A model generated the notes under the pieces. The model was not told where the DNA came from. It did not search any database and worked only from the letters and a program-made list of their open reading frames with translations. Position numbers and translations under genes: made by a program. Below, piece by piece: positions 54,249 to 64,000 of a stretch of DNA of 64,000 nt. The number at the start of each line of letters is the position of its first letter. Position 1 is the stretch's first letter. This DNA comes from Spirochaetia bacterium (GTDB lineage: Bacteria; Spirochaetota; Leptospiria; Turneriellales; JAOUFE01), in NCBI GenBank assembly GCA_029857955.1, contig JAOUFY010000004.1:7954-71953 (forward strand), in the 5' to 3' direction.

Positions 54249-54350
54249 TTATTTGGATTTCTTTTTTTCTTTTTTCACAGCTTTTTTCTCTTTAGCTGTT
54301 TTTGTTGGTTTTTTCTTTGTTTCTTTTTTTGTATCTTTTTCTTTTGCCAT
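54249..54350 (-). CDS. 33-aa lysine-rich small protein (below ORF-track cutoff)
   Basis: MAKEKDTKKETKKKPTKTAKEKKAVKKEKKKSK*, ATG 54350, AGGG upstream. Confidence 0.7.
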   Translation of the reverse strand: MAKEKDTKKETKKKPTKTAKEKKAVKKEKKKSK

Positions 54351-54566
54351 TACTTTACCCTGTTAATTTTAAATTATTTTCCACTAAAATGGTAGACTAA
54401 AAATATACACTTATATATGTAGTCTACTTTTTTTTATTTTTCAGAATCCAAAATAAATATAAAAGAAAAATAAATGTATAAAATTATTTAAATAATCAAG
54501 TAAAAAAAATATAATAAAAAAAATGGTTTAAAAATCAAGCAAGCGGAAAAAATTAATAAAATGGAT

Positions 54567-55937
54567 TTAACTGTTGAATATTTTTAAATTGTCGTCGCCA
54601 TGCTCTTCTTTTGCGCCAAATTCTTTTTGTATCATGGAAGCAATGTCGTCTTCAATTTCAGGTAAAGGTTTGGTTTTATCAATTTCAGATTTTTTTCTTT
54701 CTTCGGGTTTTAATGACGGTTTAGATGTTTTTTCAGGCTGGGCATCAACTGCAATTTTATCGCTAAATGGCTTACCCTCTGATATTGACTTTTCAAGTCG
54801 CGAAAGTTTTTGAAATATAGCTGTCAGCGATGGTTTATTTAATTTATCGATGATATCAATGATCGCCATTTCGAGATTAATTAAAATTTCGAAACTATTG
54901 GTTGTATTGTAATATGTCCAATTGTTGTATAATCTATATCCTATATCAAACGTTAACATTAATTCTTCGCTATCCCAGTTTTCAATTATTTTTTCAAGAT
55001 CACTGATTTGATTCGAAGTAAAGTACCCTGAATCTTTATACAGCTTTTTTTTAATGAGAACAGTATTTTTTACATAATCCAGAAAATCAAAGAAGAATAT
55101 TTTTAAATTATAGCCGTCATAGTACAATTTATTAATTAATTCAAGACAGTTGCCGGCATTTTTTGTAATTAAATTTTCAAGAAAATTTATGTATAATTGA
55201 AAGGGTATGATACCAAGTGTTTCATTTACCAGATCATATTTAATTTTCTGGTTACCAGAATAAGTAATGATACGATCGAGAAGTGAGATAGCATCACGCA
55301 TGGAACCTTCGCCTTTAATTGCAATTGGTATCAAGGCTTCTTTCTCAAATTCAATTTTTTCGCAATTTAATATAAATGCCAGTCTTTCGATAATCTCATG
55401 ATTAGAAAACTTTTTAAAAGGAAAAGCCTGACATCTTGACAAGATGGTTTCTGGAATTTTATGATATTCAGTTGTGGCCATGATAAAAACTACATGCTCC
55501 GGCGGTTCTTCCAGCGTTTTTAACAAGGCGTTAAAAGATTCATTGGTTAGCATGTGAACTTCATCAATGATGTAAATTTTATGACTTGATTTCATCGGAG
55601 CAAAACGAACATTTTCGCGTAAATCACGAATGTGTTCTATACCACGATTCGAGGCTGCGTCCATTTCAATAACGTCAATGTTTCGACCTTCTGAAATTTC
55701 GATACAATTATCACAGCTTCCGCATGGATTTGTTGAAATGCCGTTGGTTTGACAATTTATACTGCGGGCAAGAATTCTTGCTGTTGTTGTTTTACCCACG
55801 CCCCGCGAGCCAAAAAAAAGATAAGCATGATTTAACTGGTTAAACTCAAGGGCATTTTTAAGAGCTCGGGCAGTTTGAAGCTGTCCCATTAAATCTTTAA
55901 AAGACGAGGGTCGATATTTTCTTGCCAGATTTGCCAT
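54567..55937 (-). CDS. dnaX: DNA polymerase III subunit gamma/tau
   Basis: LARKYRP, GSRGVGKT, EMDAASNRG, IIDEVHML, NALLKTLEEPP, SRC, GSMRDA. Confidence 0.97.
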   Translation of the reverse strand: MANLARKYRPSSFKDLMGQLQTARALKNALEFNQLNHAYLFFGSRGVGKTTTARILARSINCQTNGISTNPCGSCDNCIEISEGRNIDVIEMDAASNRGIEHIRDLRENVRFAPMKSSHKIYIIDEVHMLTNESFNALLKTLEEPPEHVVFIMATTEYHKIPETILSRCQAFPFKKFSNHEIIERLAFILNCEKIEFEKEALIPIAIKGEGSMRDAISLLDRIITYSGNQKIKYDLVNETLGIIPFQLYINFLENLITKNAGNCLELINKLYYDGYNLKIFFFDFLDYVKNTVLIKKKLYKDSGYFTSNQISDLEKIIENWDSEELMLTFDIGYRLYNNWTYYNTTNSFEILINLEMAIIDIIDKLNKPSLTAIFQKLSRLEKSISEGKPFSDKIAVDAQPEKTSKPSLKPEERKKSEIDKTKPLPEIEDDIASMIQKEFGAKEEHGDDNLKIFNS

Positions 55938-55948
55938 AATTTAAAAAT

Positions 55949-58375
55949 TTATTGGTATATATCTTCCATTAATTTTGAGTGATCGTTTTTATCATCAGCT
56001 TTTTTCTTTTTAGCGCTGTTTAGTTCACCAGGTTTTCCAATCTTTAGCTGTTTTGTTTCATCGTCTACTTCAGTAGGCTCCGTTTCAGGGAGAAATAATT
56101 CTATAATTATTTCGTCACAATCATCTCCGGGGAGTTTTCCTGTACTTTTACAGATTTCAACTTCATTAACTCCTTCATGGATTACATAACGATCATCTTT
56201 TTTGCGAAAATTTTGAGTGTAATATTGAAAGTAGCCCCAGATGGGCGCGGCAATGCTTCCGCCGTACTGACCTTCGCCAAGACTCTGACTTGGCTTATCG
56301 TACCCAATCCAGACAGCAGATGTGTATCGGTCATTAAAGCCAACAAACCATGCATCCCTGAAATTACTGGTGGTACCGGTTTTTCCTGCTGCAAAACCTT
56401 TATAACCGACGTTACGTACAGCTTTGCCGGTTCCTTTGTCTACGACATTTTGTAATAGATCAGTCATGATGGTCGCGGTTCCGGGATCCAGGATGTGTTT
56501 ATAATTTGTTGCAAATTTATGTTGAAAAAGTACCTTGCCTTTTGCATTTACAATTTTTTGTAAAAAAAACGGTTCAAGATCTTCCCCGCCACGAGGAAAC
56601 AATGTAAAGGCTCTCGCCAGTTGAAAAGGGCTGACTTCGTAGGAGCCCAGCGCGACGGTAAGATTTTTAGGTATGTCCTTTTCGTTGATATGAAGTTGTT
56701 CTGCGATTTTACCAAGAACATTTTTTAATCCAACTTCCCTTGCAATTCCTATAGAAACCATATTTATACTGTTTGTTAAAGCTTCTCTTATTGTTACAAA
56801 TCCTCGAAACCCTCCGCTTGAATTTTCCGGAATCCAGTATTCACCGTCTGAATCAGGCTGAATCATTGGTAAATCGGGAAAAATCGATGCTGCAGTGATT
56901 TTTTTCATATCTATGGCAGTGGCATAGAGAATTGGTTTAAATGTTGATCCTGGTTGACGTTTCATCTGGATCGCGCGATTGATTTGATTTACAGCGTTGT
57001 ATGGAGATCCTCCAACCATGGCAGTTACTTCGCCTGTTTTTTGATCAATCTCAATTAAGGCACCCTGAGGAGGGGTTATGTGCGACAGATAAGGGTTGTT
57101 TTCGCGAATAGCATTGATAAAGGAATCGATGATTTCCTGACTCCCGATGCCATGATTTAATAATTCAAGGTTATCGCCAAGATCTCTGAAGTAAGCTAAT
57201 TGTATTTCATATTGATTTAACGTTTTTAAATTTTCTAATTCGGCAAGGCCAAATACATTTCTAAACAATTCAATCGTTTCAGAATATAAGTTTGAAAATT
57301 CAAGATGATTGGTAAATACGGTATCATATCCTTTTTCAGACTGGCTTTCCAACCCATCCCAAAGAGCTTTTTGGGCAGCAAGTTGATGATCAAGATCAAG
57401 GGAAGTGTATATAGTTAAACCTTTTGTGTATAAATTATTTTTACCGACCTTTTCTTCTAAAATACCACGCATATATTCCGTATAATAAGGCGCCTGATCA
57501 AGCCTTTGGCCGAAAGCTGTAGAATCGGGAGAAATGTTTAATGTACTGTAATACTCATTAAGTTCCTTAAAAACAGACGTCGCTTGCGCTATACTCAGAT
57601 AGTTCATATCGATCATTCTCAATAAAACCAGGGTAACTCTTTGACGAGATAAATGAGGGTTACGTACAGGAGAATATTTATTGGGAGCAGAAGGCAGGCT
57701 TGCAAGAATGGCAGCTTCGCCGATACTAATTTCTGAAGCCGGTTTGTTAAAGTAAAAATTAGAGGCTGCTTCAACTCCATAATTGCCATGGCCAAAATAA
57801 ATTTCATTAAAATAAAGATTTAAAATTTCATCTTTACTGAATAAAAAATCAAGATATAAGGCCAGAAACGCTTCTTTAAATTTTCTTACAAATGTACGGG
57901 ATCGGTTTGTAAGAATCACTTTGGTAACCTGTTGAGTGATCGTTGAACCTCCCTGCAAAGAACCGCCAAAAAAAATATTTTTAATAGCGGCACGCATGAC
58001 ACCCTGAATATCAATTCCATGATGTTCATAAAACTGATTGTCTTCAATTGCAATAAAAGCTTTTGTCAGATAAGGAGGCATGTCGCTTTGTTTCACCACA
58101 ATGCGATTATCCGTAAAAAAAGTGCTGATCAATCGACCTTTTCTATCCAGAAGTTTTGAAGGAACAGGGGGAGCATAATGTTTTAAATTTGCAACGGAAG
58201 GAAAATCAATCCATACAAAAGTAACGGCCGAAAGTATGAAAAATAGAAATCCGGAAATAGCAATTGTATATTTTTTTCGTTTTTTTACATCGATACCATA
58301 AATGAATTGAATGATATTAACGATAAGGCGCGCAAACACGCGAATAATGCGCATATTCAATAGATCTTTTAACAA
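55949..58375 (-). CDS. Class A penicillin-binding protein (PBP1A family)
   Basis: EDNQFYEHHG, GGSTITQQ, RKFKE, SxxK (STFK), SIN, KTGT. Confidence 0.95.
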   Translation of the reverse strand: MLKDLLNMRIIRVFARLIVNIIQFIYGIDVKKRKKYTIAISGFLFFILSAVTFVWIDFPSVANLKHYAPPVPSKLLDRKGRLISTFFTDNRIVVKQSDMPPYLTKAFIAIEDNQFYEHHGIDIQGVMRAAIKNIFFGGSLQGGSTITQQVTKVILTNRSRTFVRKFKEAFLALYLDFLFSKDEILNLYFNEIYFGHGNYGVEAASNFYFNKPASEISIGEAAILASLPSAPNKYSPVRNPHLSRQRVTLVLLRMIDMNYLSIAQATSVFKELNEYYSTLNISPDSTAFGQRLDQAPYYTEYMRGILEEKVGKNNLYTKGLTIYTSLDLDHQLAAQKALWDGLESQSEKGYDTVFTNHLEFSNLYSETIELFRNVFGLAELENLKTLNQYEIQLAYFRDLGDNLELLNHGIGSQEIIDSFINAIRENNPYLSHITPPQGALIEIDQKTGEVTAMVGGSPYNAVNQINRAIQMKRQPGSTFKPILYATAIDMKKITAASIFPDLPMIQPDSDGEYWIPENSSGGFRGFVTIREALTNSINMVSIGIAREVGLKNVLGKIAEQLHINEKDIPKNLTVALGSYEVSPFQLARAFTLFPRGGEDLEPFFLQKIVNAKGKVLFQHKFATNYKHILDPGTATIMTDLLQNVVDKGTGKAVRNVGYKGFAAGKTGTTSNFRDAWFVGFNDRYTSAVWIGYDKPSQSLGEGQYGGSIAAPIWGYFQYYTQNFRKKDDRYVIHEGVNEVEICKSTGKLPGDDCDEIIIELFLPETEPTEVDDETKQLKIGKPGELNSAKKKKADDKNDHSKLMEDIYQ

Positions 58376-58448
58376 AACACCATGTGTAAACTATAATATG
58401 AAGAATTATTTATTTTTTATTGAAATATTAAAATAAATTTTTTAAAAA

Positions 58449-58494
58449 GGGGCAAAGCGCGCCCCTCAAGCAGAACACGGTTCTGCATGACCCC
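58449..58494 (-). repeat. G4/G4/C4 family copy F (minimal), probable terminator
   Basis: + strand GGGGC-aaagcgc-GCCCC-TCAAGCAGAA-cacgg-TTCTGCATGA-CCCC; 10 nt from stop 58505. Confidence 0.7.
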
Positions 58495-58504
58495 ACGCGT
58501 TATT

Positions 58505-59257
58505 TTATTTATCAGAACGAAAAACAATGTATTTTAAAGGAATGTTGATATTTTCTTGAAGTTTGGGTAATGGCAAAGTTAAGGTAAAACCATTTGAGCG
58601 TTCGCTGATTCGATGGAATGGAATGATTTGAAAACCTCTGTGACCAGGCTTGATGACAACAGTTGTATCGGGAGAAATCTTTTCGTAATAAAAATTATTT
58701 TTAGGTTCGATGCCGTTATGACTTGTTATATAAAATGAAAAAACCTTTTTATATTGAAAGTTCTTATAGGCAACGGACGTATAATTTTTGGTAAAATCAT
58801 CATTAGAAAAAATTAAAACAGGTATATTTTCAAAATCAGTCAATTGCGTATTGAATAAATTAACAATAATTTCTTTTTCTGAATTATTTTCAATAAAAAA
58901 TTTCAGGCAGGTAATCTGTGGTATTCGAAATGAAGCGTCTGAGTCGGTGTCGGTTCTGGCAATTCGTTCAAGTTCTTGATTTGTTGTGTTTTTAATGGAA
59001 ATGACCAGACCATTTTTATCAAAAATTTTATATATTAAACCATAGGGATTTTTTTTTGATATGCTGTCTTTTACGATTGGGTTTACGGGCTCAAGGTAAC
59101 GTATGATTGCAGGGTTTCCGCAGTAGTAATCAAGTAAAATTAGAAAAATAAACAAATAACCTTTCACTATAGGTACAAAGTGACAAATGGATGTATTTTG
59201 AGAAGTCGATAATTTTGTATAAACAAACATTTGGCAATACCATTTGATGTTTAGCAA
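58505..59257 (-). CDS. Hypothetical protein, possible lipoprotein; start uncertain
   Basis: 250-aa ORF with hydrophobic stretch ending YYCG. Confidence 0.5.
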   Translation of the reverse strand: MLNIKWYCQMFVYTKLSTSQNTSICHFVPIVKGYLFIFLILLDYYCGNPAIIRYLEPVNPIVKDSISKKNPYGLIYKIFDKNGLVISIKNTTNQELERIARTDTDSDASFRIPQITCLKFFIENNSEKEIIVNLFNTQLTDFENIPVLIFSNDDFTKNYTSVAYKNFQYKKVFSFYITSHNGIEPKNNFYYEKISPDTTVVIKPGHRGFQIIPFHRISERSNGFTLTLPLPKLQENINIPLKYIVFRSDK

Positions 59258-59435
59258 AAAATGGGTGATTCCAAGAGAAGTTACTCAACAGATCGGGTCG
59301 AACTAAAGTTTCAGACTGATTTCCAGTGATATTATATGTTATTGCACGCAAAGCGCGCCAAAACAACGAGACTGACCAAAAAGTAGCCATTCAAGGGGCA
59401 TTTCACTGGTATTTAAAGAGGAAACTCTTGACATT

Positions 59436-61559
59436 ATGTCGCATGATTTTATAAAAGAAACCAAGATGCCCGTTATTGTTCGCGGGAAGTATTTATTCAT
59501 TCCCATTTTTCTAGCATTGCTCGGCTTTACGTATGCAGTGTTTTTACCAGAAGTAGGGGTTGAATCGGATAAGTCCAGAATCGCATTTCATAAAGGTGTA
59601 CAACTACACTCGGACTATAAATATTCAACTTCGATTGATTATTTTCTGGAATCATTATCGTATGAACCTGACTTTACCCTTGCAAGGCGAATGTTGGGAC
59701 AATCGCTATATTATTCGGGGCAGGTTGACGAGGCTCTCAACGAATGGAAGATTTTACTTGAGCAACAAACCTATGACCCGTCTCTTCAAATTCATTTACA
59801 TAATTTAAGAACTTTTCAGGCCGCAACTGAACCCAAATGGCAATTTCTAAGAGTTATTAAAGGCGGAACAGGTTATCAATATGCATTTCCGACATTTATA
59901 ACTGTTTTACCAAACAATAATCTTGTACTGCTTTCTCAGGGACAGGGTAAAAAAGATAATGGGAATGTTTTGGTGATCAGCTCAAACGGCGTTTTTACAC
60001 AAAATTTGCGCAGAATTTCTGGCAAAATTGGTTTACCCGTTGGTGCAGCTTTTGACGGAAAATATCTTTGGATCACAGATGCTACAAATGACAAGTTACA
60101 TCGTCTTGCGGTTGAATTTAAAATATTGGGAACTCCCGAATATAAGGGACTTGATGCCATTGGTAAATCAGGAAGCGAACCAGGACAGTTTCACGGGCCA
60201 ATGGGAATATGTTTTAACGGAGAAAATATTTTTGTAGCTGATCAGGGAAATAATCGGATTCAAAAACTTGATAAACAGGGAAAATTTGTTCAAGAAATTA
60301 AAGTAATAAATCAAGATATGTCCGTAAACCAGCCTTTTGGTATAGCGTGTGATTTAAATAATATTTATGTATCCGAACCAAATTTGTCACGAGTAGTTCA
60401 ATTTGATATTTTCGGTAATTTTATCAAGTTTATTGGCGAAGGCCTGTTAGGGCGTCCTCGTCATTTAAGTTTATATGAAAAATATTTAATCATTGCTGAC
60501 GAGCTTAATGGCGTATATTTGCTAGAGACAAATAAAGAAGAAATCACCAATATTAAAGAATATATGAATGAAGATGGCAAGTTACAAAGTTTTTATCGTC
60601 CATATAGCGCCCAGATGGATTCTCTTGGTAATATATTTGTTGTTGATTATGGAGGCCATTCCTTAATACAATTTGTACCGGAGCAGTTTTTATATTCGAA
60701 TCTTGAAGTATGGGTAGAAAGAGTGTATGATAAAGACTTTCCAAATATTGGAGTATGGGTTTCAGTTAAAGATCAGCGAGGTAAATATTTAACGGATCTT
60801 GATTCTGATAACTTTACTTTATATGAAAATGACACTGATGTTGGCAGATTGGGGACAGAATATTTAAAAAGCTTTTCAAATCAGGCATCCTGGGTTGTGG
60901 TAAACTCAAAATCACTAACAATGGAAAAATATGCTGACTCATTGCCATGGGTAGCAGATTTTTTTCTCAATAAATTAAGGGAAAAAGATCAAGTTGAAGT
61001 GATGAGCTATACGAATGCATCAAGAAATGACGGAAACTGGACAAATTCAAGATTAAAAATTCAACAATTGTTAAAGGCAAAATCAAACAATGATTATAAA
61101 TCAGAAAATATAGATGGGTTAGGCAAAACTCTTTATGGAGCCATTACCGAACTATTGCCCAGAAAGGGCAAGCGGGCAGTAGTATGGATTACTGATGGAA
61201 ATATCGAAATTGAAAATATGTCCGATTTTACATTAACTCGTATTGAAAATTATGCAAAAATAAATCATGTACCAGTTTTTATCATAAGTTTTGAAAATCC
61301 TGATATTTCAAACATGAAGAGAAAAAAAGTACAATTAAAAGAATTCGCGGAAAAAACGGGCGGAAAATACTTTGGTTCATTTGATAATAATCTTGTCAGT
61401 TTAGAAAATTTATTGAGAAATATCGTTGAAGAACGTTATACATTAACATATCAAAGTCATGGCAAAAAATCGTGGAAAGGTCAATACATGGAGATCAAGG
61501 TGAATGTAAAATTTCAGGGTCGAAATGGAATGGAAACATCTGGATATTTTATTGAATAA
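59436..61559 (+). CDS. TPR + NHL-repeat + VWA-like protein
   Basis: N-terminal TM and TPR; NHL repeats (FHGPMGI, IFVADQGNNRIQKLD); C-terminal AVVWITDG...VPVFIISF...TGGKYF. Confidence 0.8.
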   Translation: MSHDFIKETKMPVIVRGKYLFIPIFLALLGFTYAVFLPEVGVESDKSRIAFHKGVQLHSDYKYSTSIDYFLESLSYEPDFTLARRMLGQSLYYSGQVDEALNEWKILLEQQTYDPSLQIHLHNLRTFQAATEPKWQFLRVIKGGTGYQYAFPTFITVLPNNNLVLLSQGQGKKDNGNVLVISSNGVFTQNLRRISGKIGLPVGAAFDGKYLWITDATNDKLHRLAVEFKILGTPEYKGLDAIGKSGSEPGQFHGPMGICFNGENIFVADQGNNRIQKLDKQGKFVQEIKVINQDMSVNQPFGIACDLNNIYVSEPNLSRVVQFDIFGNFIKFIGEGLLGRPRHLSLYEKYLIIADELNGVYLLETNKEEITNIKEYMNEDGKLQSFYRPYSAQMDSLGNIFVVDYGGHSLIQFVPEQFLYSNLEVWVERVYDKDFPNIGVWVSVKDQRGKYLTDLDSDNFTLYENDTDVGRLGTEYLKSFSNQASWVVVNSKSLTMEKYADSLPWVADFFLNKLREKDQVEVMSYTNASRNDGNWTNSRLKIQQLLKAKSNNDYKSENIDGLGKTLYGAITELLPRKGKRAVVWITDGNIEIENMSDFTLTRIENYAKINHVPVFIISFENPDISNMKRKKVQLKEFAEKTGGKYFGSFDNNLVSLENLLRNIVEERYTLTYQSHGKKSWKGQYMEIKVNVKFQGRNGMETSGYFIE

Positions 61560-61562
61560 ATC

Positions 61563-63575
61563 ATGAAAGCATTTTTAACCATTAAAAAAATTATTTATTT
61601 TTTGTTTCTTTTTTTATTTATTTTTTTCGACAGGAATGTACTTATTTATGCCCAGGAGGTTTTTACCGCTCAAAAGTATAAAGAAATTGGCGATTCATAC
61701 AGGGTTCAGAAGAATAAACTATCTGCCGTAGAGTATTATAAAAAAAGTTTAAATAAAAATAAAGAATTTGTTCCAGCACTTATTTCCATCGGTACTCTTA
61801 TGAGGGAATTCGGATCATACAATGAATCAAAAAAATATTTGTCACAGGCAAATAAACTCGATCCATCAAATAGAAGTGTTTTACTTGAGTTAATTAAAAC
61901 TACTCTTGCGATGGATAATATATCTGAGGCCGAGTCTTTACTTAAAACAGCATTTGAGATTTCGCCACAGGAGCCGGATTTTGAATATTTACAGGCTAGA
62001 ATATTTATTGTAAAAAATCAATTTTATCTGGCAGAGCACCGGTTAACTCAAATTGTTAAAAATAATCCGGGGCATATTGATTCATTCATTGCACTGGGTG
62101 ATTTATATTTACGTGAGAAAAGGTATAAACAGGCTCAGGAGGCATATGAACGTGTCAGGTTGATTGACTCAGAAAACCCTCAAGTATATATTGGGTTGTT
62201 TCAAATACAATTTGCCTCGACTCTTGCAAAGGAAAGAGAAGAAATATTAAAAAATAATATTGATATTTCCGCATTTCGTGAAGCCATTGAATACCTTTTA
62301 AATGCAAAAGAATTTGATAACGACTATATTCCGGCAAATTTAATTTTAGGGAAAATATATGCACTTGCAAATGAATGTGATAAGGCTCAGTCATATCTGG
62401 AATCAGTTTTAAAGATTAATCCGGAGCATCAAATTGCTCAATATTATATGGGTTATTGTTTTCCAAAGAAAAATTTAAATATGTACAAATTACTTCTTTC
62501 TGAGAATCAAAACAACGATATATTAAATTACTCCTATGAAAGAAATTTAATAAAATATTCAGAAAGACGCGAGAATCAGCAATTATTGGATATGGCCAGG
62601 ATACACTACGGTTATGGTATGAGTTTATTTAAATCTCATATGACTCATCATGGAGTTTTTGAAATGAACTGGGCTCGTTATTTATATCCAACTTTTGTAC
62701 CTGCTCATAACGAACTTTTACAGCATTATCGCAGTAAAAAGGATTTTGTAAAAATGGCTGAGGAGCTGGGTTTTTTAAGGAAAGTAACAGGAGAAGTAAA
62801 ATATCAGGATATGTATGAAATGCTGGTTGAGGGACGAAAAGAAAAACTATATTACAGAGAAAAAATTTATCGTCCTGAAGAATACAAAACACCGACTCCG
62901 GTATTTGTATTTCATTTTACGCCTGAAAATTTTCTTGGAGATTATCCTGATGCGGGCGAAGCTATTTCCGAAAAACTGACATTTGCCATGGAAGAAATTG
63001 GACGTATCCAGGTTTTATCGGGAAGTCAACGAGACGAAGTAAGTTTAGCCCTTAATTTAAATAAAAAAAAGATCAGGGGCCTTTACTACAATGCGGAAAA
63101 CGGGAAAATTGTTTTAAACTACATGAAAAAAACCATGGTAAACAAGACAGAAGGTATTACGGATTCCCATTATGTACGATATGCCATAACCGGAAAATAT
63201 AAAGAAGTCGGCGAGGGACTTGAAGTAAGTACAGAAATTATTGATCTTGAAACTGGAATTTCCTTTGCGCCATTTCGTGTTAAATCTTCAGGTAGAGGAT
63301 ACATTCGAGATATTGTGACAAAACTGGCTCAACACATTCACGATAATATGCCATATCACGGCAGAATTATTAAAATCAGCAGTAATGGGGTAATCATTAA
63401 TTTAGGCGAACGTGAAGGGGTAACCAAAAAAAGTAAAATCGGAGTTTATCGTGATAAAGAAAAAATTGCCGATTTACAGGTTGATTTACTGGATATGGAT
63501 GTAATGTGGGCAAAACCTAAAAACCATACGGATATTTACAGAATTCAAACTGGCGATCTTATTAAAGTTGAATAA
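61563..63575 (+). CDS. TPR-repeat protein with FlgT-C-like C-terminal domain
   Basis: Signal peptide, multiple TPR helices, C-terminal GRIIKISSNGVIINLGEREGV...IQTGD. Confidence 0.75.
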   Translation: MKAFLTIKKIIYFLFLFLFIFFDRNVLIYAQEVFTAQKYKEIGDSYRVQKNKLSAVEYYKKSLNKNKEFVPALISIGTLMREFGSYNESKKYLSQANKLDPSNRSVLLELIKTTLAMDNISEAESLLKTAFEISPQEPDFEYLQARIFIVKNQFYLAEHRLTQIVKNNPGHIDSFIALGDLYLREKRYKQAQEAYERVRLIDSENPQVYIGLFQIQFASTLAKEREEILKNNIDISAFREAIEYLLNAKEFDNDYIPANLILGKIYALANECDKAQSYLESVLKINPEHQIAQYYMGYCFPKKNLNMYKLLLSENQNNDILNYSYERNLIKYSERRENQQLLDMARIHYGYGMSLFKSHMTHHGVFEMNWARYLYPTFVPAHNELLQHYRSKKDFVKMAEELGFLRKVTGEVKYQDMYEMLVEGRKEKLYYREKIYRPEEYKTPTPVFVFHFTPENFLGDYPDAGEAISEKLTFAMEEIGRIQVLSGSQRDEVSLALNLNKKKIRGLYYNAENGKIVLNYMKKTMVNKTEGITDSHYVRYAITGKYKEVGEGLEVSTEIIDLETGISFAPFRVKSSGRGYIRDIVTKLAQHIHDNMPYHGRIIKISSNGVIINLGEREGVTKKSKIGVYRDKEKIADLQVDLLDMDVMWAKPKNHTDIYRIQTGDLIKVE

Positions 63576-63624
63576 CTGTTTAATGTCGCTTAAAAAATAA
63601 AATATATATTTTTAAATACAAGTT

Positions 63625-64000
63625 TTATTCTTCTTGAGCTGTAGACAGCTCCAGAGATTTGTTTGTCTTTAATTTGGACGGGATCATCAAACCATCGACA
63701 TGAATGGAATCAATTTCTTCACTGTTAATTAAAAACTGAACTGAATTTATATTTTTAAATTGCGACGCTGTTTTTAAAATTTGCTCAATTTGCAATTGCG
63801 CTGTTTCAAAACTTATACCACGTCCGAAATTATCATCGAGGTTTAAAAAAAGTGTTTTATTATTAACATAGGCATTTATCACAGTCGGTTTAACTGGAAA
63901 AGAATCAATCAATTTTTTATGCTCATGAAGGAATTCAGGGCCTGATACAATTTCTTTAAAGATATTTTTAAAATCAGTTGAACGATTACTTTTTCGGGGT
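63625..64000 (-). CDS. GerMN-domain protein, 5'-truncated by window edge
   Basis: Frame open to the edge; SGP...LIDSFP, LFLNL, QILKTASQFKNINSVQFLIN. Confidence 0.75.
   Translation of the reverse strand, partial: PRKSNRSTDFKNIFKEIVSGPEFLHEHKKLIDSFPVKPTVINAYVNNKTLFLNLDDNFGRGISFETAQLQIEQILKTASQFKNINSVQFLINSEEIDSIHVDGLMIPSKLKTNKSLELSTAQEE

Noticed and set aside
54156-54395. 79-aa Phe-rich + strand ORF
   Set aside because: Antisense shadow of the Lys-rich small gene and the MITE-like element.

Overview
64 kb of AT-rich bacterial chromosome. It is most likely a Spirochaetota/Leptospirales-like organism, inferred from a SecA with a basic tail and no SEC-C Cys motif, TPR/NHL/VWA proteins resembling flagellar collar components, an ECF sigma/FecR pair, SpoIIE and many lipoproteins. 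Housekeeping genes: priA (partial), truA, an AddB-like nuclease, ubiA-like/ubiX, glpK, rtcB, secA, pta, rpsB-tsf-pyrH-frr-uppS-cdsA-dxr-proB, lpxB, purF, dnaX and PBP1A. I saw no rRNA, tRNA, CRISPR array or intact transposase. The most unusual signals are: (1) six dispersed intergenic elements with the architecture G4-stem-G4-stem-C4 and completely different stems, five of them 10-22 nt after a stop codon in the same orientation; (2) a second dispersed palindromic family (core GACTAAAGTT), plus MITE-like and REP-like elements, some nested inside others; (3) a V/A-type ATPase operon with only E, DUF2764, A and B (no D, I or K), bracketed by two family-1 elements; (4) a membrane-anchored LuxR regulator with two phased operator-like palindromes ahead of an apparently leaderless LolA-like/outer-membrane operon; (5) a candidate sRNA next to an XRE gene, an unannotated 33-aa Lys-rich ORF and a frameshifted SpoIIE gene. 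All calls come from motif recognition by eye; no database searches were run.
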